A stretch of DNA of 63,246 nt, the filler included, from Atractiella rhizophila (lineage: Eukaryota): the NCBI GenBank assembly GCA_021432655.1. It is 5 parts of 5 records of this genome, joined end to end, with 100 filler letters (N's around TTAATTAATTAA, not from the genome) between each part and the next. Parts side by side here need not be neighbours in the genome. Positions count along the whole stretch, not along the records: positions 1 to 12,670 come from MU272001.1; 4 more parts are not named here. One strand, written 5' to 3'. Positions 1 to 10,879 of the stretch are shown piece after piece. The notes below the pieces were generated by a model. The model saw only the letters and a program-made list of their open reading frames with translations. It did not search any database and was not told the DNA's origin. A program made the position numbers and the translations under genes. Positions within the stretch are counted from its first letter, which is position 1; each line of letters starts with the position of its first letter.

Positions 1-285
1 GAGAGTGTTGCTACCGTTTTGTACTGTCAAGCTGCGATGGAACAAGAGTTGTCGGAGGAAGATGGTTTGGTTTGCTGCCTTCTATCGACACTTTGGGATC
101 AACACTTGAATGGAGCACTGGAGCGACTGAGGCGAGACTAGTCAGAAGAAGATTCTGGTCTTACATTGGACAGGCACCAAGTGTACAAAGGAACCTCTGA
201 CTTCTTGTTCTTGATGAGCCAGCCGACCTGGCCTGGTTGACTAAAAGATCCTACATAAATTGCACAGCTATAGAAATCTGGAGCC

Positions 286-3200
286 ATGTTAGGAGACGTG
301 TTGGCATACGAAGACGGGAACACTCCTTCATGTCTGCCGCATGTCTTCCCATCCCGTCAAAAATGTGTGCGGTTTGAGACGTGTTTACTGAGCTCTACAC
401 ACGCCAAAAAAGACTGGAACAAAGTACGGGTTCCGGACCCGTCACACCCCGTTGTGCATCCCTACCCAGTTGCAGGAGTAGCCAGGACAACCGTGGGTAA
501 CTGCGGAAGAACGAGAGAAAATATAGATGAGCCAGAAGCAACAGCTTTGAAGGGAAAGCCCATGTCAAGGAGGAAGCATCACGCTAGAGTGAGACGATGC
601 AAGAAGAGGAGAAAGAACACAAGGCATGCCAGCCGCAAACCAGACGCATCAGATCCCTCCTCTAACTCGGAAGCATCAACAGCGTTGGAGCGTTCGCACC
701 AGAAGAGACTAATCAAGGAGGCAAAACCTCAGAAGGACTGGAATAGCGATGTCAACAAGTATGACGCTCGTGGGTACTTGTGGAATAGGTACCCGGGCAC
801 AACAAGTTACAAATCAGCTACAGAGGGTAAATTTTCATCAGGGTACAATTCGTGCTCCCTGCTAAGTATCTAAGAGTACTCGTGAGCATATGTCCTGAAA
901 TGGCAGGTACCTGTGGGATACTCATTTGAAAGAGTTAAAGAGAGTTTTATATCAAATTTTTTATCTTTTTCACAATCAAAATGGCACTATCTGGCTCTGA
1001 GATACAAGTAATAGTGGTGTTTAAGCCATAAGTAATGTATATTAAGTCATCTGTGTAAACTAATGTGCCTAAACTGTAAAAATTATGTTGATGAGTAGAG
1101 TCTAAGTTAATACAAGGGTACCCGTGAGTAGTACTCATGAGTACAAGGGTACATGTGTCAAAGGTCACAACAAGTTACCAATCAGGCTCTAAGCTGATCA
1201 ATACTGGTGAGTAAGGGTACCCGTACTCGCGAGTACTACTTGTTCGCATCTCTACCAACACCATAGTTGACAATGCTAGGAAACGCTTCATCCACGGCTA
1301 CATCTAAGAGGAGAACGCCAAGGAGAGAAACTTCGGACCCTATAACCGGGAGGAGGTCTCTGAAATATTCGGTGGCAAGGGCTGGAGGTCGAATCCGCTC
1401 AACACCGTCCCAAAGGCCGGTGCCATGGACGAATTTAGGCAATAGAGAATGCCTCCAAAGGTGAGGAGAAGACCGTCCCTTGGTGAACGACCTCATCGAC
1501 TCTGACGTCTTCCCAACGGAATGGACCACCTTCTCACAGGCACTCCTCGACTTTGCACAGCTCTTGAAAGACGCCGAAGCAATGACTATCGACATAGCGG
1601 AAGCCTTCAAGACTATCCCTCTTGACGAAGAGTCAAGGCAGGCTTTTGTCATATGGGTGGACGACCACGGAGTAATCCAGTCAAATCACTCAAGGTTTGG
1701 GGAACAGAGGAGGACTTCTTCAACGGCCTCGATGGTCTGAGGATACGGTGGCACCACCAGAAATGTGTGAAGTTCTCTCACCTTGTCAAGTTCATCGGTT
1801 TCGTTTAGGACTTCCACGAACACACCATTTCACTCCCTAGAGAAAAAATTCTCAGAACACTCCTTACGGTCCAAACATGGCTCCAACTGAACGTCATAGC
1901 AACCTCAGCAGAAACTACCCACCTCCACAGCTACCTCCAACATGTTGCCTTTGTCATGTTCCCGTACAAGCCATATCTCACAAACCTTATAACCTTCCTT
2001 GCCTCATTCTCGCATGCCTTAGGGGAAGACAATCCCTGGCTCCTCAAGCGTAGTACACTGCATTTCCCCAAAGGAGTCCAGAAGGACCTTCTCTACTGGC
2101 ACGAACAACTAACAAAGGGACCACCTATCCGCAGAGTCACCAAAATCGACAAACTAGTCTCATTAACCTGGTTTGGAGACGCTTCCCTGGCGTACGGCAT
2201 AGTGGTCCAGATCTACGAACACTGGAGCGTTTGGACTTGGGCTGAAACTACTAAAGAGGAAAGGAAGATAGGCTGTGGCGAAAGGCTAGCGGTGGAACTA
2301 GGACCGTCAAGCTGTCATTGTCAACGCAGACAACCAGGGAGTCGAAGGAATCCTCCATAAGCGGCGAGCAAGGAACCACAAACAAAACTAATCACTCAAG
2401 AGACTGAATGAAGTCACACAACAACTTGGCGTCACCCTAATACCCACATGGATCCCTTCCAAAGAGAACCCAGCAGATCAACCTTCAAGAGGCTCCTTTT
2501 CCCATCTGAAATATCAACTTTTCGTCTCTATACCGGTTCTACAACTAGTATCCAAGTTCATTGTAAGCCACCCTTCTGTTCTCCTCACTCTTGGAGGTCT
2601 CGGTCTACTCTTGTGAAGTGAATGATTAATCATTGATAATATATCAGATACATGCCATGTGATTGCTATGTAAACTTCTGGGTACTGGGAGGGGAGAAAG
2701 TGAATAGGCATGTGCAAGTGAAACCCATCTTCAAAACCACCATGAGCAATAAATGAAAGGCAAGCAACTCTAAACGCAAATCCAAGGAATGTGGCCCTAG
2801 GAGAGCACAGAAGCCTAACCCTCCACCATGGAGAACACGAGAAGAACTAGACAGAGACCTCAGAGCCTACAAGACCTTTGTTGGACAGAACGCTTCATTC
2901 AACTAAGAGTTGGAGGATAGCTTCATCCCTTGTCGAGCTGGAGACCGGCTACGTTTATGATGCAGTGTCAACAACTTCTCCCATCTCTTACTTGACATGC
3001 CCATGTTCAGGGCAATTGCGTACGCCACAAACGTGGCCTTTCTTGCCAAATCCACCTAGAATTCATACGGCTCGGCACTAGCCAAATGGAACGATTTTTG
3101 CAACAAGTTTTGTATACCCTTCGAAGACAGATTTCCCGTTAAATCCCGACAACACCTCATATCCTTCTGCCTTTGGGCAGCAGGCCCTCCAGACCTCTAT

Positions 3201-4000
3201 CCCCAAGTATTCCGTCCTCTTTCAACCATCAGGACCCAAACTCTCCAGAACTACATCAGTTCGCTCAGATCATGGCATGACCTGCACGCTACTCCGTCAC
3301 CCTGGGAAAAGGATAAGCCCATAGTCTTAATGAAATGACTATCAGGAATAAGCAATGTCATGGGGCAACCCACGAAAAAGACTAAGCAACTCCTGACTCA
3401 CTTCCCTGGTAGACCATGAGCACCTGTTTCCCAAGAGATGATGGAGTCCCTAGAACGGAATCTGGACCTCTCAAACCCTTTTGACGCTTGCATTTGGGCT
3501 GCTGCTGTCACAGGGCTGTACTGGCTCTGCAGACTCAGTGAACTCTCACTGAAATCAAAACCCTTGCAGGACAAAATTTTCCCAGAATTCGACATAGAAG
3601 GACTCCCCAACCTCTGCCTCCTCTGCCTCCACCTGCCAAAAGACAAAGTGTCCAAAGGAACACCAGTCGACATCAGTGTCCTGAAAGTATCTCGCTTGAG
3701 GCCATTCTCAACCACCTCTGCATTAACTGCACGCTTAGTGACTCAGACCCATTGTTCACCTACTGGTCCCAAAAGAAATACACCATTCTGCCGCTCACAA
3801 AAAGAGCCTTCCTGGATAGATGCTAGAACATATCGTCTCAGGACACAGAAGTATCAGGAGGTATCGATAACATGTCAGTGATAGCTTCAGAATTGGCGGC
3901 GCAAGCAGACTGTGGGCTCTTAAGATAGGCATAGAATTCATAATGATGGTGGGCACATGGAATTCGATCTCCTGGGAACTCTACATCAGAATGAAGGCAC
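286..4000 (+). mobile_element. Degenerate DIRS/Ngaro-type tyrosine-recombinase retrotransposon (gag-like, RT, RNase H, YR), with frameshifts and stops
   Basis: RT motif AMTIDIAEAFKTIPL (~1580-1625); RNase H motifs WFGDAS..YG (~2170) and WIPSKENPADQPSRG (2449-2493); YR motifs DACIWAAA..LCRLSEL (~3480-3545), DSFRIGGA (3880-3903) and GTWNS....LYIR (~3950-3990). RT-RH-YR order is typical of DIRS-order elements. Confidence 0.85.
744..1254. mobile_element. Non-autonomous hAT-like MITE inserted in the DIRS relic
   Basis: Left end TAGCGATGTCAACAAGTA versus reverse complement of right end TAGAGATGCGAACAAGTA (15/18 match); repeated GGGTAC/GAGTAC and CACAACAAGTTAC subterminal motifs; AT-rich core. No 8-bp TSD visible. 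Confidence 0.65.
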
Positions 4001-4899
4001 AGGTCACAGTAAACGAGAACCCACCGTGGCTTTGAAACCACTAATAACTGCCAACACACAGACATCCATGAACACGAATTGAGTCAACCAAGAAGAGGCA
4101 AACCAGTTGCCAAAGCTGCTCCTCATTGTGGTGTGGCGGTTGGTACAGCATCAGGAGAAATGGCTAGTTTCTCCTCCTGTTAGGACTTCGGAACTGCTTT
4201 TATGGTGAACCTTTTGTCTTGCTTACCACCTCGTTTGGGTGCTTTCAAAGCTCACAAGTGATGGACATTTGTGCATTCCCATTTCTCACGTTCTACGTCA
4301 TTTTGGTCTTGTGACTTTTCCCTTTCCGTTTTTCTACTTCTATTGCTTGATAATTGGCTCAAGGAACAGCGATGGGCTACAGTGATATTTCTCACAAATA
4401 TACAAGGCCCCTGCAGTGCGAATCCCATCGCTTTTGTGGCTCACACTTGCAGCGCTTACAGATCCGTATCTCGCTAAGAAGCTCTTGTTGGCTCACAGAA
4501 CCCTCGCAAGCCAAACCTCAACGCATGGGCCTAGAACCAAACACAACCACAGAGCAGTTTGAACACCTGAGTGCCCAGAGTGTTGGCAAAAGACAAAATG
4601 CGTTCGAATTACATATAGACCTTAACTGACACCTTCAAACCCACTTCTAGTCAGAGCGATACCAGAACTGGATCAGCGTGCTTGGATAACACAGCTCTTG
4701 CAGCGACAACGATCTCATGTGAGGGTGTCCTATAAATTTGCTGAACACTTCTTAAGTTTGATACTATGTTTCAAAATCCAGCGCAATACCCATGCAATAC
4801 TGTGATCAATTCCAAATTCAAATCGATGACCTGAAAGTCCTGAGCCTGAGCGTTCCTCGAAACTTGCAGCCGCTTATCGCACAGTACCGGTGTTGAAAT

Positions 4900-5000
4900 C
4901 AGTGTTCGCACTTTACTAGTAAAGCAACCCTGATCTGGCTTTACCATACTTTACCTGGTAAAGTAACCCTAGTAAAGGTAAAGCTCCGCTTTACTTACTG
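4900..5000. repeat. Cluster of CTTTAC/GTAAAG short inverted repeats, possibly a DNA-transposon end
   Basis: About 8 copies of CTTTAC or GTAAAG in 100 bp, starting at CAGTGTTCGCAC. Confidence 0.4.
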
Positions 5001-5124
5001 GCACGTGACTAAGTGAAGTGCCTCCAAATATCCTTGGTAAGTGGTGAAATTAATGCATCAGTGGTAGAACGTTATAAGGAGTATCTCAATAAGTAAGTAG
5101 TGGATAGTAATCGATGGAATTTTG

Positions 5125-6585
5125 ATGATCGGACTCGCAGATGAAGTTGCTGGAGCCACTACGGGCAGAAAACGCATACGTATGCTCGCCCCGATCCAAG
5201 AATACTCAAATCGTCTCGTATCCGATTCAAGGTCTCCTTTTATGGAACCTATTTCGTGGTCTCTTCATCCACTTGTAAACCTCCAAATGCAGGCAGCACT
5301 AGAAAATGCCGAAAAATTTGAAGCCAAAAAGGAACAAACGGTTTTTCTGCGCTTCCAAGAAGAATATCTGAATCTTGAGCAGGTCCTCTTCTCAAGTATG
5401 GAGCGCCTACCTGAACATCAGCGAGTCCTTGATTTCATCAGGGGCATGGGGTACTTCTTGTGTTTAAGCGGTTTCTCTTCAGCTCGTCTATTCACCGCAG
5501 CACTGAGTTTCAGCTACAGCCTCCATGAGGAGTCAGTCTTATCGGCTGAATTGATCTTCTTCCTTGGGAAAATAGAGACTCTAAAAGGTATCCTCCAGGA
5601 AGGAGTCCATCATCTAGAGAAAGCTAAGGAGATTCACGCAGTGGCTGGCGTTCGCAATAAAGTGGTTGACTGTCTCAATAGCCTAGGGCATATCCACTTT
5701 CTTTGCGGGAGGAACGATGAGGCTCTGGAGGCGTTCAAGAATGCAATGGAAATTTGCACTGAGATTGAGGACCGTGAGGGAGCCGCTGGCTGCTTCAAGG
5801 GTATCGGAGACATCCATTTTCGATATGGAAGGAATGATAAGGCTGTGAAGGCGTTTCAGTAGGCGAGGAAGATTTACGTTGACGTGGGGAATCGCAGTGC
5901 ATTGGCCGAGTGCATAAGGAGCATGGGAGAGGTTGAGGGTAGACGGGGGAGGAACGCAGAGGCTCTGACTGCGTTTCAAGAGGCGAAGGAGATTCACTTC
6001 GAAGTCGGGTCCCGAGGGGGGATAGGCGACTGTGTCCACCACTTAGGACTTATCTTTTTGGCCTGCAGGCAGAGCGATGAAGCTCTGAAGAGTTTCAAGG
6101 AGGCGAAGAAGATTTACACCGAGTTCGGTTCCCGCCGAGGAGTGGCTCACAGCAGTCATAGGATCGGAGACACCGAGTTTCGGTTAGGGAGGAACAATGA
6201 GGCTATGAAGGCATTCCAGGAGGCCAAGGTGATTTATGAAGAGGTAGGTTCTCCCGCGGTATGCGACTGTGTCCAGGCAGTCGGAATGGCCGAGTTGCGA
6301 CGCAGGAGGGTGGATTAGGCTCTTAAAGCTTTGTGAGAGGCGAAGGAGATTTATACAAAGGTTGGGTCTCGCCATGGAGCGGCCGACTGTGCGAAGGCCA
6401 TAGGAGAGGCCGAGTTTGGGCGGGGTAAAACCGATGAGGCGCGGTAGTCGTTCCAAGAGGCGAAGAAGATTTACATGGAGATAGAATTCCACATGGGAGT
6501 AGCTAACTGCATCAGGCAGATCGGCATTGTCGACTTTCGATGTGGGAGGAGCGATGAGGCTTTGAAGGCGTTCAAGGAGGCGAAG
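5125..6585 (+). pseudogene. TPR-repeat protein (fungal NLR-like sensor array) with in-frame stops, 3' truncated
   Basis: At least 8 tandem 120-nt (40-aa) units GR(N)DEALxAFxEAKxIxxExG; stops TAG 5860, TAG 6316, TGA 6334, TAG 6445; no frameshift. Confidence 0.8.
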
Positions 6586-6649
6586 GGGGGTTCAAGGGGC
6601 CATGCCCCTTGCGAGTGGGTTGGCGGCCTGAGGGACGAAGGCCGCTGAT

Positions 6650-9600
6650 ACACTTGTAAGTCCAAAATGAAAGACCGTCAACATTCACACAAAGTGCACA
6701 GTGTGAGGGGACGTTCGATGAGGGGTTGTCGCTTTTGCTCTTTTTCTTCCCTGTCAATTTGTCAAACGAGGCCCTTGCCCGAGTGTGATTGAACGTTGAA
6801 GGACGATAGCCACTCCCACATACCCCACCTACCACAACCGCTTTCTCCTTCTTCTTCAATGTCGTTGAGCAGGTGCCGTCATTCAAACCGCAGAAACCAC
6901 AGCTGAAGAAGCCAACCTAACATAACAAGATCAACACATCAACACATGGAGCACCAGCAAGAGAAGTGCACAGATACATTTTTCTCGCCAATCTTAAAAG
7001 TGTTGCAAGGATGAAGTGGAATGAGGTGTGGTGGCCGTTCTTTGTGTGTGGGATGTAGGAAACTCAGGATATGGGCGGCTACATGGGATCGCATATGATT
7101 GAGCTTCACGGTCGCTTTATAGCCAGCGACCTTGCATGGTTTCATGTCGTAGACAGTGGAAGCAGAGCGGAGGAGTAGTGCGTTTGAGGTTGAAAGACTT
7201 ATCCGCTCCGTGCCTGGCATAAAATCAGTGTGCTAGAGTAATGATGTGGAAGCACGGACCAGATTGATATGGATAGGTGGTGCGACAATGGAAGCTCTGC
7301 ACTTCTTGGTCAAGTTTGTGTGCCTGATCAAAGACTCGCTCCAGAGCAACATCTAGCTTAGGCCGCTCAAACACCCAGGTTGACCGAATGTATCCATTTG
7401 GTTCTGATCGTAACTGAATTGTAAAGTCTGTGTTTGCTACCAAAGGTATGACATGATGAGAGGAGATATCAAATGCTTCGTGGAAGGTGTTGGAGCATGA
7501 TGATGCGTCCGCAACTGGAACGTAGCAGTGGTTCCATATCCACTCGACTGAGGGTGTTGAGATCGTTGAGGAAGCTTCCAGAGAGGAAGAGACAGGTGTT
7601 GATTCCATTGGTGTTGGATCAGGAATTAGTTGAAGAAGTCAAACTCGTAGGGTAGAGAAAGAAGGGTTTCCGAGTTTTGAGCGAGGGATGAAATCCCTAA
7701 CTGCCCCAAAACTCTTACATGAATCAAATACACAAATAGCCGGTGTGTATCCTTGTCCGACTTCGAGCAAGGTAGCTACCAGATTTCCATGATGAAGTAG
7801 ATCAGGGTCCTTCCTCCACGCCTCGTTCCGCGCAATCAAATCTGCATTCACTCCAGTTCCATACTTCAGTTTTCCCTTATACTTTCCTTCCCTGTCTGCA
7901 CTCAATGCCACCCATGCCACGTTCATGATATACCTTACAGCTGTCGCAATGTGAATCTCCACTCCATCTTCATCCTTGAAGAAAAACTCAGACCGCTTCC
8001 GCTTCCGTTGGTAGTCAACACAGTCCTCAGTTTCATCCATATCCATCTCATCAATGACACCATGTTTAAAGGATCTGTCAAATCCACAACCACTTCGGCA
8101 TCCTCATCAAAGGAAGATGCTGAAGGAATGATGTCAGGTGCCGAAGTGGCATGGAGATCACTGGTCGAAGTTATAGATGATGCGGGGGGAGGAACAGCAA
8201 AGAAGTAGTGACTGGAGAAGTCAATGAGCTTGTGAAGGTGGGGGATAGCCGAATTGTCGGAGTAGACTCGGAAGTTATGGACATGCTATGACACGGAAGA
8301 GGGGGGACTGAAGGTGCAGATAAAGAGTACGAAAGAATGTGAGTTGACGAAGCAGGTAAGAGTTCAGTTGGGGAAACAGCTGGTGCCAGATTGTTGATAA
8401 TGTCGTCATCATTTGCGCCACCGTTCGGAGGGAAGAGTTCAGCTTTTCCCATTGGATTACAAATATCGATGCCTGAATCCTCCATCGATGCCCAATCCGG
8501 AACCAAATCCGGAATGCCAGAATCCACCAGGATCCTTTCACAGCTGAACCGTCCTGCCATCCAGGCTCTTCGCATGCCCTCTTTCTAAGTAATCTCTTCA
8601 CCATCATCCGCGAATTCTTTTCCTATCGTACTGACACGAATATCACCTTTGACAGCTGCAGTGCGGAGGTGATCAGAACCATCTCGACTCTTGACATTGA
8701 GGCGCTGATTAATTGACTGAAGGTCTGGATGTTCGTGCCATATTTGCTCAATCAGAGTGGCAGTCGAAGTCCGGTCAATAATCTGGATGGCATCGCAGTT
8801 GGAATCACTCCCCACCATGGTTCTCAAGATACCGAAAAGCTTCTCCAAGGAATCGGTCCCAAGCCTGATAATGTAAAATGGATATTCGGGGTCCATTCGG
8901 CATGCACGAGCCACTAGTTTAAAGATGGTGGATATGTCAAGAAGGATATCGAGGAAGAGTTCAGGATGCATGAAAGCATTGCCGTACTTGTTGACAAGAA
9001 AGGTGCAAAGGTGAGCAAAGGTTGATAACTTGATCAATTGTTGAGCCAAGCTGAGATTGACATCCGTAAACGAGTCGTAGTATTGCTCTATCATAACTCC
9101 AACGAGCTGCCAAGCTCTCCACTCAGCCTCCACTAAAGGAGACTCAGTTGGTGCCTCTTCCATCTGGGAAATGTCAACGAGGCGCGCGAGTAAGCGGGTA
9201 GCTTTAGGCACGTTCTGGTGATCGTCAGGGTTTAGAAGCTGTTCCAAGTGGTGTTCAGACATGGACGGAAGGATTGACCGAAGGTGCTGTCGAAGTGATG
9301 TGGGAGAGAGATGTATGCCTCCAATGTAGACCCCCTTAGAAGACCGTATCCAGGCAGCGGATGTCTTAAACTTGTGCAGAGTGTCCATGAATCCAAGAAC
9401 ACTGCAAATGACGGCGGCAGCCACCTGCGAGGAGGCCAGTGTGAGAGTCAAAAGCAAACTTCTCCGCCATCTTCAGTTCGTCAATATCAATGCCCACACC
9501 GAAGCATTGTCCTGTCTGCTGGAGCGTTGACATGGGGAAGAAGACATCAAGGTTATGTCTAGCCTCAAGTCGAGTGTGGTAGCTGGGTGAATTCGAGCAT

Positions 9601-10586
9601 TTGCGTTGTGGCGCCAGATGGTTGTTCGCAAAGGTAGTTGGTCTCCGAACTGTTTGCAAAGGACTTCGAGAGGAATCCGCCCACCGTAAGCTTTCACGAT
9701 TGTAGTGACCTTGATGATCTTGTCACTATATGAGCACAGGCGGTAAGCTCCTTCGGAAGCTCGAATAATGAGATCTGTGATAGCCTTCATGCCCATTTTT
9801 GCCATCCGTGACCGTCGAAGAAGCTCCGGGATACGAGAGAAATGGCTGGCTCAATGGCAAGGATGAGGGCGTGGACTAGTTCAAGGCGTTTCAGGTGCTG
9901 TTTCTGAGTCCGAGTCACATTCAACATCTTCTTCTACAAATCAGCAGGAACCTTTCACTCAATACTGATTACTGACCTTCAGACGCTCGAGCTTGATCTG
10001 CAATACAAGTTCCCGATTGCGCTTGGATAGGTAGACTGAATGCTGACGGATGGATGGATAGTTCTTCAGAGGCTTCCTCTTCCTCTTCTGAATATTCTTG
10101 ACAGAAGAATGAAGCAGCAGCTGTTGGCATTCGCTGCACCGTGTTTCTCGAGTTGCGATATCTGAGGCCGACAGCTTTTTGCAGCATGGGGTTGAGAAGA
10201 GTACAACATGGTTTCTGTCAAGGACATAGATGAAGGGATCTGGGGGATCTGTAGCTGTGCGAATTGTTGGAACGAAACCGGACGTGAACGATGGATCCGG
10301 CGGCGAAATGAGGACCCCTTGACAGATTCCTTCATTTGAAGGTGTTGGTGGCCTATCACATTCGTTACAACGAGGTTGTAATTTCCATCTGACACCACTC
10401 ACCAGCAACTGGTTTGCCTGGATGCTCGTTTGTTCTCCACGTTGTAGGATGCCATCCACGCATTTTTAATGTCTCGTAGGTTTGCTTGCAGCCATTACTC
10501 AACTGATGATTAGCGAGCTGCTTGAGCTTCGCGGGTTCAGCAATGCCACATTTGGAGCAGTAGTCACGGTCAGCAACCTGCAACAC
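6650..10586 (-). mobile_element. Degenerate intron-containing P-element-like (THAP9-like) DDE transposase gene with Cys/His-rich N- and C-terminal domains
   Basis: GIDIDELKMAEKFAFD (~9450-9495), DTLHKFK (D-x2-H-x2-K, ~9365-9388), DHQNVPKATRL (~9195-9225), LGTDSLEKLFGILR (~8822-8865); C-terminal HVAAH, CGFCG and CALC motifs; frameshifts. Confidence 0.65.
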
Positions 10587-10879
10587 TAATGAGACTTCGC
10601 TTCATGCCGACAAGTACAACATACCAAAGAGGATTGTGCATAAGGAGCCGATATTTCAAATGGGATGGAGGAGGCAGACAGATTCGGAGCTGAAGACAGT
10701 GACAATGCGGGAGGAGACTAGTCTCGACATTCAGCACTACCTAGATCCCTATAAACACTTCAAAAAACGGGAATAACAGGAAACAGACTGATTGTTGGGA
10801 ATGTGATGCTTCTGACATTCTCGTGTTGTTTGTGTCAATGTTGAGTGTACACTCCTTTCTCCAGGCTCGGCCCCATCAT

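Noticed and set aside
5860..6447. A-to-I stop-codon correction or TAG reassignment in the TPR gene
   Set aside because: Editing would give Trp, whereas sister repeats have Glu or Lys; TAG ends normal genes here (PAN2, MIC10, NUXM, GNAT).
5600..6585. CRISPR-like array
   Set aside because: The repeats are in-frame coding units without unique spacers, and the context is eukaryotic.
6586..6652. Fanzor/TnpB omegaRNA downstream of the transposase
   Set aside because: No RuvC/TnpB motifs are recognisable in the adjacent ORFs, and the structured island is only ~67 bp.
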